IMG/VR virus record: IMGVR_UViG_3300037419_002114
Length of the DNA stretch: 64,000 nucleotides
Reading direction: 5' to 3' (one strand)
Source of the DNA: an uncultured virus (IMG/VR IMGVR_UViG_3300037419_002114)
Taxonomy: Duplodnaviria; Heunggongvirae; Uroviricota; Caudoviricetes
Part shown: positions 19,988 through 28,236 of the stretch, piece by piece
Position numbering within the stretch: position 1 is the stretch's first letter
Layout of the letters: each line of letters starts with the position of its first letter
The notes under the pieces: generated by a model
What the model was told of the DNA's origin: nothing
The model's database searches: none
The model's input: the letters and a program-made list of their open reading frames with translations, nothing else
Translations under genes and position numbers: made by a program

Positions 19988-20093
19988 AGGGGGTCTTTTT
20001 TCCTGGAAGGGGGTAAATTATATAGGCAGGGGGTAAAATATAGCAAGGGGGTAGCATTTTTTTCTAGGGGGTGATATACTGCAACTGAGGGGT
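19988..20093 (+). repeat. Six phased AGGGG(G)T boxes
   Basis: Starts at 19988, 20008, 20028, 20046, 20066, 20088. Confidence 0.85.
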
Positions 20094-20101
20094 GGTTATT
20101 T

Positions 20102-20434
20102 ATGACAATTCAGATCAATTTTAAAAGCCTAATATGGGAAATGACTCAGAGAAACATCTTTGATCACATCAGCGATGAACAAAAAAATAAACTAGAGATC
20201 CAACATTTCACACACATCAACCCAAATATGCGAACGGAGGAACTATTTCCGCCAAAAGAAAACAATCAGCGAAATCGAATCGGTATGGCTGTCTTTGCAA
20301 TGTTCGATTTTCTGCGGTTGAATACAAATGTTGACGCATCCATTACGTACCCAAAACGAAGCGAATACGTAACCTTTCCGACAGTTGCTGCGATATACGA
20401 TTATTTTTACGAATATATTCTCTTTAAAATCTAA
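20102..20434 (+). CDS. Hypothetical protein
   Basis: GAGGGG RBS and TATACT -10 upstream. Confidence 0.7.
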   Translation: MTIQINFKSLIWEMTQRNIFDHISDEQKNKLEIQHFTHINPNMRTEELFPPKENNQRNRIGMAVFAMFDFLRLNTNVDASITYPKRSEYVTFPTVAAIYDYFYEYILFKI

Positions 20435-20625
20435 ACCCTCTTGCATTTGCAGGAGATGATATGCTAAACTATAGAGGAGTTGAAACATAGGGTATAGAAA
20501 CACTCCTCGAAAAGTGCCTGCGGATATGCAGGTATTTTTTTATGTTTTTTTAACAAAATAGTTAATTTTCGTGTATAGTAAAGGGGTAAGAAAACAACAA
20601 AAAAACCTAAGGGGGATATATTCCT

Positions 20626-20874
20626 ATGTCAAAAGTTATTCCATTTCCAGTTCGCACGCGGTTAGATGATATTCAAGAAATGAGTGCTGAGTTTCAAAAG
20701 CCAATCTTCACCGATTACAGTGACGATATGTACGATGCGATGTTTGCCGTTCGCAAAGACTACCAAAAACCAGCATCTGATTTCGTAGAAGTTGAAGCAA
20801 GTCCAGCCGACCATCAAGCCAAATTCGATTTGCTAGAACAAATTGCAAAAGATGTTAAGGAAGGTAGAGCATAA
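20626..20874 (+). CDS. Hypothetical protein
   Basis: AAGGGGG RBS; coupled to the next ORF. Confidence 0.7.
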   Translation: MSKVIPFPVRTRLDDIQEMSAEFQKPIFTDYSDDMYDAMFAVRKDYQKPASDFVEVEASPADHQAKFDLLEQIAKDVKEGRA

Positions 20875-21173
20875 TGGAATACAGTGGATCTTTCCTCATT
20901 GAAAAAGAAAACGAAGTCGTAACGGTCAAATTAAACATCGATCAAGTTACGTTTCCGATAATGGCCATCGGCATTGTTAGAAATGGCAAATGCAACAACT
21001 GGGCAATTTCGCATGAAAGCAGTTACCTGTATCCGTGCACATGTGGGAAAGAACATCTTGAACATGACGACAGAGAACGTTGCACAACATGGAGAAAAAG
21101 TACAAGCCAGATCAAAGAATGGTTGGAATCCAACAGAGATATCCAAAACTTCCTAGAAACCAACTCAAAGTAG
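20874..21173 (+). CDS. Hypothetical protein, possible Zn-binding (CTCG..H..C)
   Basis: TAATG overlap with upstream ORF; terminator AAACCAACT..AGTTGGTTT at end. Confidence 0.7.
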   Translation: MEYSGSFLIEKENEVVTVKLNIDQVTFPIMAIGIVRNGKCNNWAISHESSYLYPCTCGKEHLEHDDRERCTTWRKSTSQIKEWLESNRDIQNFLETNSK

Positions 21174-21237
21174 TTGGTTTTTTTCATGAAAAAAGTTGCA
21201 TTCTAACTGTTTTGATATATGATGGAAGTATAAGGAG

Positions 21238-21567
21238 ATGATAAATATGCGTTATAAAGAATTTACATTATTGGATTGCTGCGTAGAAAGAGAAGGAGAT
21301 TATCAAGGAACAAAATACATGGAAGTAGAAGTGAAATTGGATTTTTATACAGACGAAATTATAGAAATTACATTGCATCAAGATAAAAACAAAGAATGGT
21401 ACGTACATATGATGGGAATAAAAATAGAAATATCAGAAGATGAAGAAATATATGCAGATAGAATTTGGAACTTTTACGAAAAGATATATGATCAAATTAA
21501 CAAACAAGAACTGGTTCGAAAAATAATGGAGCATCCAAAAGCAAGATTATTGTTTTTATTCATATAA
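21238..21567 (+). CDS. Hypothetical early protein, paralog 1 (ends HPKARLLFLFI)
   Basis: TTGCAT-TCTAACTGTT promoter, AAGGAGATGATA leader; likely start 21247. Confidence 0.85.
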   Translation: MINMRYKEFTLLDCCVEREGDYQGTKYMEVEVKLDFYTDEIIEITLHQDKNKEWYVHMMGIKIEISEDEEIYADRIWNFYEKIYDQINKQELVRKIMEHPKARLLFLFI

Positions 21568-21572
21568 AGGAG

Positions 21573-21890
21573 TTGATAAACATGCGGTATAAAGAGTTTA
21601 CCATAACAGAATGCAACGTCATCAACGAGCAAAGCATTCAAAAGAGAGGAAACATGCATCTTCATATTAAAATAGACATTTATGATAAAGAAATCGAAGT
21701 CTTTCTCATGCAAAGTGAAAAAAAGAAGTGGTATGTCAATTCCATCGGTCCGGTACAAAAAAAATACAAATACCAATACATCCCCCACTTTGAATTCAAT
21801 GATGAAATCGGTAAAAAACTTCGCAGAAAAGACATTTTACAAAAAATCATGGAGCACCCACACGCGAGATTACTGTTCTTATTTATCTAA
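21573..21890 (+). CDS. Hypothetical early protein, paralog 2 (ends HPHARLLFLFI)
   Basis: Shares MRYKEFT start and KIMEHP.ARLLFLFI end with the upstream gene; likely start 21582. Confidence 0.85.
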   Translation: MINMRYKEFTITECNVINEQSIQKRGNMHLHIKIDIYDKEIEVFLMQSEKKKWYVNSIGPVQKKYKYQYIPHFEFNDEIGKKLRRKDILQKIMEHPHARLLFLFI

Positions 21891-21963
21891 GGCAGTAATT
21901 TTTTTCTTGCAATTTAAAAATATGGTAGTATATAACAAACAGATAGTAAAGGAGATGATATCT

Positions 21964-22149
21964 ATGAAACAATTTATATACGAAAACAAACTAGAATTGA
22001 TCGGATTTGTATTAGGCGGTATGATTTTTGCTGCCTTCGTACTGTTTATGTCAAAAGAACAAATCCACCAGCACCACATTGTTATTGCCATTGCTTGCAG
22101 TATACCGTTCGCAATGATAAAAGCGTTTAAAGTAGATGATGCGAAATGA
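21964..22149 (+). CDS. Small two-TM membrane protein
   Basis: TTGCAA..TATAAC promoter, AAGGAGATGATA RBS, two hydrophobic segments. Confidence 0.7.
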   Translation: MKQFIYENKLELIGFVLGGMIFAAFVLFMSKEQIHQHHIVIAIACSIPFAMIKAFKVDDAK

Positions 22150-22478
22150 GAATCTTCGAATTACGCACTGATAACGTTGTACATATTTGCTTTACCGATA
22201 GCATTTTTAAGCCACAACGCCAAAAAATTCGCTTTGCAAGCGTTGAAGAAGCCGACTGCTTCGTAAATGTAATGGCAACTGTTCGAAAACTCATCGATGA
22301 AAAATATCGAGGGGATATCGAATGTGCCGTACTGAGTAATAAACGATTGGATCTTTATGTTAAACCGCATATCCAGCGAGAAGAAGTTATCAACTTGATC
22401 GCTAAGATTCAAAAGATAAAGAACATACGACGGTTTATCGAAAAGTATACGACCTTATCCGCTAGAAGCATTAAATAG
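22146..22478 (+). CDS. Hypothetical protein
   Basis: ATGA overlap with upstream ORF. Confidence 0.6.
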   Translation: MRIFELRTDNVVHICFTDSIFKPQRQKIRFASVEEADCFVNVMATVRKLIDEKYRGDIECAVLSNKRLDLYVKPHIQREEVINLIAKIQKIKNIRRFIEKYTTLSARSIK

Positions 22479-22652
22479 AAAAGAGGTGTTTAGGATGCGT
22501 AAAAAATGGCGTAGACGATATAACGCAAAGAAAAGATACCCAAAACCTTCATCATTTGGATTGTTCAAATGGTTTCGGAAATAAAAAGGACTGCATTCAA
22601 ACAGTCTTTTTTATTTTCTAACTGTTTGGTATACTAAAAATGAGGTGAGAAA

Positions 22653-22931
22653 ATGATTGTAAACATGGAAATCGAAAAAGTACGACAGTGGAGTGGCGGA
22701 TATGCAATGAAAATCTTTATCGAATTATTTACTGGAAGAGAGAACACATATAGAGAAACATTTGTGTTCACCGATGAAGATTTACAAATCACAGAAATGG
22801 GAAGCCAACATCACCTAAAAGAAATCATTCAGCAACTCATCACCATTGAAAGACTTGGAATCATAACAGGAGTATTCCAGATCTGGGATGAAGATGTATT
22901 TCATTTTGATGTAGAAAGAGGGTTCTTATGA
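22653..22931 (+). CDS. Hypothetical early protein
   Basis: TCTAACTGTT box and TGGTATACT -10; GAGGTG RBS. Confidence 0.75.
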   Translation: MIVNMEIEKVRQWSGGYAMKIFIELFTGRENTYRETFVFTDEDLQITEMGSQHHLKEIIQQLITIERLGIITGVFQIWDEDVFHFDVERGFL

Positions 22932-23257
22932 AATATGAAATTTTAAAGACAATGCAATCGGACGATGGAAGTTATACAATTCTTTTTGAAAAAATTAAAA
23001 CAGAGGAAACAGAAGAAATACTAGAAGTTTGGAAAGGGTCATTTCCTTCACCTTGGAGTAAGACAAGAGAGTTAGTTATCATGGATAGTGATTTAAAACA
23101 CCTAACGTATCAATCCACAAACGTGTTACCAGGATTTGATGAGTTTTTAAAAAAAGAACGCACTGCTATTATTGTGCAAGGATATGAACTAATGGCAATG
23201 AAAGATGTTCATAAGTTCATGGTGGAGAAAACAACAGAAAAATGGGTATTGGGATAA
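22928..23257 (+). CDS. Hypothetical protein
   Basis: ATGA overlap; bidirectional terminator AAGACCGC..GCGGTCTT follows. Confidence 0.75.
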   Translation: MKYEILKTMQSDDGSYTILFEKIKTEETEEILEVWKGSFPSPWSKTRELVIMDSDLKHLTYQSTNVLPGFDEFLKKERTAIIVQGYELMAMKDVHKFMVEKTTEKWVLG

Positions 23258-23277
23258 GACCGCTCAAAGGCGGTCTT

Positions 23278-23517
23278 TTATTTTGCGTACTTTATCGCTA
23301 GATACGTCTGAAAAAACGGAACATCCTCCCACGCAATGTTTCGCAGCAGGTAACATGTTTCGCAAAGAGTAACGATATTGTCGAGTGAATCGTACCCTGG
23401 AAATGGGTCGTTGCGAATCCGATCAAAATAAGCTTGATGAAAATCTACGTGTTTTGTGCATCGAATACACTGTCGGCCATCACGAATGTAAACGATTTTT
23501 TGAATGTCAACATTCAT
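23278..23517 (-). CDS. Small HNH-like protein (degenerate)
   Basis: VYIRDGRQCIRC...DNIVTLCETC; canonical His residues not evident. Confidence 0.65.
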   Translation of the reverse strand: MNVDIQKIVYIRDGRQCIRCTKHVDFHQAYFDRIRNDPFPGYDSLDNIVTLCETCYLLRNIAWEDVPFFQTYLAIKYAK

Positions 23518-23650
23518 CCGAACACCTTTTTTGCAAGGAGAATGGCTGCGTCCAATCCAACAATGAACAAAATAAAATAAAGCAACGACCATACCAACTG
23601 TTCCGGAAGCTCACGCGGTTTCTTTTTTGTTTTGTACACATAACACCTCT

Positions 23651-23935
23651 CTAAAGTGCTTGAAGTAAAAACAACAATCGATATTTAGGTTGTTCCTGCA
23701 GGTAATCCGTTACTTCTTTTAAAATGGATGCATGCATCTTAGAAGGAATATCTAAATACTCTTCTGTTCCAATCATCCAAAATGCCGATATCTTTTGTTG
23801 GTTTGCTTTTGGGCTGGTAGATTTATAATAAACTACTTGCATCCCATATCGTGCATCGCCAAAATCAAATTGAAAATCAATTAAATAGGAATTTGCCGAT
23901 TCTGTTTCGCAATCAATGCAAATATTTTCGATCAT
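23651..23935 (-). CDS. Hypothetical protein with C-terminal PKYRLLFLL
   Basis: GAGGTG RBS and TATACT -10. Confidence 0.75.
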   Translation of the reverse strand: MIENICIDCETESANSYLIDFQFDFGDARYGMQVVYYKSTSPKANQQKISAFWMIGTEEYLDIPSKMHASILKEVTDYLQEQPKYRLLFLLQAL

Positions 23936-24025
23936 TCCATCACCTCATTGGTTAGTATACCCAATTTAAAAAAAATGTTGCAAATTCTTCTAACTGTATT
24001 ACAATATGCTAAAGGAGTGATAAAC

Positions 24026-24352
24026 ATGAGTGAAAAAATTCTAATTACTCATATTCAGTTACAAGACATAAAGGAACAACAAGGATTCATTAGTTTCAAC
24101 CTTACCGCGTATATTCAAGGACAACTTCGATCGGTCAACGTGATGAAAATAAATGGATATAGCAAGATGATTGTACATAGTGTGAAGGTTGCAAATTTTT
24201 CAAAGGATTCGAAAGGAAATCATGTTGTTAAACTTGGTGCTGACTTCACTCAAAAATATAAGACAGAAGCCAAGAAGCAAATCGAACAAAAAATCTTCCA
24301 CTACTTAGAAGAGGAATGTAAGAAAACAAGATTGTTGCTGCTCTTTGCATAA
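24026..24352 (+). CDS. Hypothetical early protein with C-terminal RLLLLFA
   Basis: TCTAACTGTA box upstream, AAGGAGTGATA RBS, terminator after stop. Confidence 0.8.
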   Translation: MSEKILITHIQLQDIKEQQGFISFNLTAYIQGQLRSVNVMKINGYSKMIVHSVKVANFSKDSKGNHVVKLGADFTQKYKTEAKKQIEQKIFHYLEEECKKTRLLLLFA

Positions 24353-24402
24353 AAAAAAGAAACCGTATCTAAATCGATGCGGTTTTTCTCTGTTATACTA
24401 AT

Positions 24403-24497
24403 AAAAAGAACCTTCGGAGATAGAGCCGAAGGTTAGATAGAAATAAATATATGGAGTTGATACTTTTAATGTGGATCTAGCGAACTTGCATTCGCAT
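24403..24497 (-). ncRNA. Candidate ~95-nt trans-acting sRNA antisense to early-gene leaders
   Basis: TTGACA(24531-24526)-16-TATAAT(24509-24504); 5' hairpin GCGAA..TTCGC; terminator AACCTTCGG..CCGAAGGTT-CTTTTT; middle complementary to TAGATAGAAA..GGAGWTGATACT. Confidence 0.7.
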
Positions 24498-24527
24498 ATC
24501 TTTATTATATCGATATGGTTTTGCTTG

Positions 24528-24920
24528 TCAATATGTTTTTCTACGAAATCCTGCTTTTTGAATATCATCTTCTTTTTCAAGAAAATACATAAAAGCATCG
24601 ATTTTATTTTTCATGTCACGAGGGAGAATTTCACCCTTCGCATTTGTCATCTGATTGAACAACCACATCAACATGCCAGCAACAAATTGACTTCGATTAT
24701 TCGGAACATCATCCATCTTATAATTCGCTTCCATCGTGTCGAGCACTTGATCGAAATACGTCAGCAAATCTTCCGGTAGCTCCAATTCCACTCGTTTCTT
24801 TTTTACCTTTCGTGTTTTCGTATTCTTGAATCGACACACGTCCATCATATGAAGCGTGCTAACAAATGCTTCACGCTGGGCATTACTATATTTCTTTCCA
24901 TTTGATTTAGTATTTGCCAT
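24528..24920 (-). CDS. Putative ribbon-helix-helix DNA-binding protein
   Basis: KKRVELELPEDLLTYFDQVL..NRSQFVAGML strand-helix-helix pattern; AGGAGGTG RBS. Confidence 0.6.
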   Translation of the reverse strand: MANTKSNGKKYSNAQREAFVSTLHMMDVCRFKNTKTRKVKKKRVELELPEDLLTYFDQVLDTMEANYKMDDVPNNRSQFVAGMLMWLFNQMTNAKGEILPRDMKNKIDAFMYFLEKEDDIQKAGFRRKTY

Positions 24921-25206
24921 TTCTCTCACCTCCTACTTCAAATGGTACATCAAAACAGGAAAAAATCAACAAAAACGTACGTTATTTTCAATATCGTTAT
25001 TTTATCGTCAACATACGGACGTTAATTTTATAATCCGAATGTTGATTGCAACGTCATGGAGATACGAAAAATACGCACAAAAAGGGTCATTTTTGACACT
25101 TTTACGATCGCTGACGATACATTACCTTAACTTGCAATGTCGAAAACCTTGCGGATAATGTCGAAAAGCCGGAACTTAACTGTTTTGTGTACAAAATATG
25201 AATCTA

Positions 25207-25234
25207 GTAAGACATAATGTAGTTTTACGAACCC
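25207..25234. other. dif-like 11-6-11 tyrosine recombinase site
   Basis: GTAAGACATAA-TGTAGT-TTTACGAACCC; reverse complement GGGTTCGTAAA ACTACA TTATGTCTTAC resembles Xer dif arms. Confidence 0.65.
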
Positions 25235-25415
25235 TTTTTTGTACCGGAAATAGAATCAATTACAGTTAGAATCTACTTCTACGGATAGTCCGTTTTATGA
25301 ATATCCATCCTTTAAGTGGGATGCGGTAGCAGAACACTTAAAGGACTGGCTGCCAGAACATTTTCGTTGCAAAAACACAAATCGGAGGTACAATAAAACA
25401 GAAGGAGGTGGCCAC

Positions 25416-26288
25416 ATGCAGACGCTAAAATACTATGACATTCGAAATCAAGAGTTCAAGATGCTAGGAGAGAAGATACAAAAGGCTAGGCAGATACAGC
25501 GTATCTTTCTAAAAGGAAATAACATACGTCATCATTATGAATACGTAAGTTTTAAGCAAGATGTATTCGATCATGAATTTGATAACAATCGTGTTTGGAT
25601 TGCAACCTATATGCATTCTGAAAATGAAAAACAACAGGACTTTGCATTTATTGACGATGAGGAATTTGGAATCTTCTGCTTCATGGTAAGTTTCCGAAAC
25701 AATGTCGTGAAGTATTTAAAAGATGACCATTTCCAGTCGCTTTATCGAACGGCAAAAGGGGAATTATATGAAAAGGAAGAGGACAAGTATCTTGCCATCG
25801 TAAAAAAAGCACTTGAATGGGAAAAACCAAAGTGGAATGTAGACATCACTAAAAATACAACCTCGCATAAAGAACTAACAATGAAGTTCTCGACTGACAG
25901 ATACATCTATGAAGCACAAGAGTTCTTCAATAAAATAGAAACCACGTTTGATAAAACATCCTTGCGTTCTTATGTCGATATCACAATTCATACAGGAAAG
26001 TTTAACCGACACAAAAAAGAAGTTCTCTATTATATGGAATTTGAACGTAAAGTACATAAACGCATTCACTTTCTCATTAAACTATACAAATTAAGCACGA
26101 CCCAACGCAGAATCTACTTTTTGTTGCACGATCGATATTACGATTATCACATCGATCTGATTCGAGAGTATAACGATATTGTATTCAACCTCGGACAAAA
26201 GCATCGGATACTGGAAACGAATATCTACGCATGCAGATTATCAGAGTTTGGACAAGCAGGGTTCAATGCGTTCAAACCGCTTTATTAA
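25416..26288 (+). CDS. Hypothetical protein
   Basis: TTGCAA..TACAAT promoter, AAGGAGG RBS, terminator after stop. Confidence 0.8.
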   Translation: MQTLKYYDIRNQEFKMLGEKIQKARQIQRIFLKGNNIRHHYEYVSFKQDVFDHEFDNNRVWIATYMHSENEKQQDFAFIDDEEFGIFCFMVSFRNNVVKYLKDDHFQSLYRTAKGELYEKEEDKYLAIVKKALEWEKPKWNVDITKNTTSHKELTMKFSTDRYIYEAQEFFNKIETTFDKTSLRSYVDITIHTGKFNRHKKEVLYYMEFERKVHKRIHFLIKLYKLSTTQRRIYFLLHDRYYDYHIDLIREYNDIVFNLGQKHRILETNIYACRLSEFGQAGFNAFKPLY

Positions 26289-26400
26289 GGCACTTTTAAA
26301 AAAAGTGTCTTTTTCTATTTATTCCCTGATCATTTCCTATTGCTTTCTTTTTATAGAAAATGGTATAAATGTAACAGGAAAACTTTTAGGAGGGAAAACA

Positions 26401-26823
26401 ATGATATTCCACAAAGATGCGATTGACTTTGAAGTATCACTGACAGATTGCTACTTGCCTTACATCGGACCAAAGGCTTATGGATATTTTATGTTTATTA
26501 CACGTTTCAGTGAATGGAACAATAAAGGAATCAGAGTTTCAAATACAAAAAGAAGCGAAATACTGAAAAAGATAAGAATGAGCACAAAAACAGTCATTCA
26601 CATCGAAAAAATACTTGAAGCAACAAACCTAATCAAACTAAAAAGGGAATCGCAAGGAAGAGGAAACAGAACTATCGTCTATGAAATTTACAATCCTCTG
26701 CAAGAAGAACAATTCAAAAAGGTAGAATCTGAAATAAAGGAAGCATTGGTAGACTTTGCGGAAACATATCCTAAAGGGGCAACACTTCTAGGGAACGAAA
26801 TTAGAAAAAGAATGGGGCGATAA
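26401..26823 (+). CDS. Winged-HTH replication-associated protein (DnaD-N-like)
   Basis: YLPYIGPKAYGYF..ILKKIRMSTKTV..LEATNLI; AGGAGG RBS at MIFHK. Confidence 0.6.
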   Translation: MIFHKDAIDFEVSLTDCYLPYIGPKAYGYFMFITRFSEWNNKGIRVSNTKRSEILKKIRMSTKTVIHIEKILEATNLIKLKRESQGRGNRTIVYEIYNPLQEEQFKKVESEIKEALVDFAETYPKGATLLGNEIRKRMGR

Positions 26824-26824
26824 A

Positions 26825-27154
26825 ATGCCTATCATAAGAAGCGAAAAGCAAGGCGGTAATTTTGTCGTTTCGGATAAGGGATATGTTGAAGATGAACGTT
26901 TATCATGGCAAGCAAAGGGTATCATGATATACGCCTTATCAAAACCAAACAATTGGAATCTTTTCATAAAAGACTTAATAAATCAAGCGACAAATGGAGA
27001 ACACGCAGTAGGACAAGCATTAAAAGAGTTAGAAAAATTCGGTTATCTATACCGAAGAAGAAACCGAGGGGCAAGTGGAAAGTACAACAACTATGAAACC
27101 TTCGTCTACGAATCACCAAAACTGAATCCTTTTTTTTCAGAAGAAACCACCTAA
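26825..27154 (+). CDS. Phage replication initiator N-terminal HTH domain (apparently truncated)
   Basis: NFVV..DERLSWQAKGIMIYALSKPNNW..ALKELEKFGYL..VYESP. Confidence 0.75.
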   Translation: MPIIRSEKQGGNFVVSDKGYVEDERLSWQAKGIMIYALSKPNNWNLFIKDLINQATNGEHAVGQALKELEKFGYLYRRRNRGASGKYNNYETFVYESPKLNPFFSEETT

Positions 27155-27157
27155 ACG

Positions 27158-27275
27158 TGATTTTCCTGTTCTGGATAATCCTAATTAGGAAAATCCTAAA
27201 CTGGATAATCGCCTAGTAATAAATAATTACTTAAATAAAGAATTACTTAAATAAGTAATTAAAGAAATAAAAAAT
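27158..27275. repeat. Probable replication origin: 15-bp iterons plus AT-rich repeats
   Basis: TGATTTTCC / GGATAATCC / GGAAAATCC / GGATAATCG at 15-bp period, then AATTACTTAAATAA twice. Confidence 0.65.
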
Positions 27276-27503
27276 ATAGTGCATTTGATTCTTTTTCCAA
27301 TTCAAAAGCAATGGTTTTATGTTTTCAAATCTTTTAAGATAATGATAATGCTCGAAAACACGTTTTCTCGCATAAAGATAAAAACATAACGCTTCGCTAG
27401 AATAGGTCAAAATCAAAAGAAAAAAAGACGCTTCGCTAGTAAAGTTCAAAAGATTAAAACCTTCCCTTTTAACAGGAAAAAGAAAAGATAAGGAGAAAAC
27501 AAA

Positions 27504-27902
27504 ATGGCAAAGCAAAAACTACCACCAGCTTCAGATTGGAAAGAAAGAAAACTTGAAAATTGGAACACGACCACCTTCATCGCATACATGCAAGATATGA
27601 ACCAAGAAAAGTACAACTTGCCATATACACCATTCGCTGGAATAATGGCAGAAAAAAGAATGTTGAAACTAGCTCAGGAGGAAATGGGTAACCAAGTATT
27701 GAAAGAACTTATTGACCTAGCATTTAAAGAGAAGAAGCAGAGTGAAAGAAATCTTTGCTTAAATTACGGATTCATTCATACGTATATGAAACCTTCTCTT
27801 TATCCACGCATCATTAAAAAAATACAAGAAGAGGAAGAAACAAGAAAGCGTGAAGAAAACAAAGTCATCAAAAGCAAAGAAGAGTTAAAAAAGTTCTTTT
27901 AG
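27504..27902 (+). CDS. Hypothetical replication-module protein
   Basis: AAGGAG RBS; upstream of the helicase loader; WNTTTFIAYM motif. Confidence 0.7.
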   Translation: MAKQKLPPASDWKERKLENWNTTTFIAYMQDMNQEKYNLPYTPFAGIMAEKRMLKLAQEEMGNQVLKELIDLAFKEKKQSERNLCLNYGFIHTYMKPSLYPRIIKKIQEEEETRKREENKVIKSKEELKKFF

Positions 27903-27912
27903 GAGAGAGAAT

Positions 27913-28230
27913 ATGACAGAGAAAGAAAGACAGGTACTGCAAGATGTTCGCAATTACACGCAGGATATTATTCTTGTTCCAAAGCCCATTATTTCCCCTC
28001 TCCATCGTGACAACTTAGAAATCATCTTCAAGGTGCAGAAAGAATATCCAGGATTCGTTGTTTTGATCGGAGAACTAAAAGCAGACGATACGTTCAATCC
28101 GCACATGTCGATGGTGAGTTGGATACCGAATTGGGATTTCTACGGCAACAGTATCAACTATCTTCTTTACGATAAGATGTACAACCGTTTTCGATTGGAT
28201 CTTTTATTTTTACCGATAAAACGTACTTAG
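27913..28230 (+). CDS. Hypothetical protein with C-terminal RFRLDLLF
   Basis: AGGAG RBS, in operon. Confidence 0.7.
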   Translation: MTEKERQVLQDVRNYTQDIILVPKPIISPLHRDNLEIIFKVQKEYPGFVVLIGELKADDTFNPHMSMVSWIPNWDFYGNSINYLLYDKMYNRFRLDLLFLPIKRT

Positions 28231-28236
28231 GAGTGA

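Noticed and set aside
24398..24598. 66-aa ORF over the sRNA
   Set aside because: Starts out of frame inside the RHH gene without an RBS and runs through a promoter and terminator
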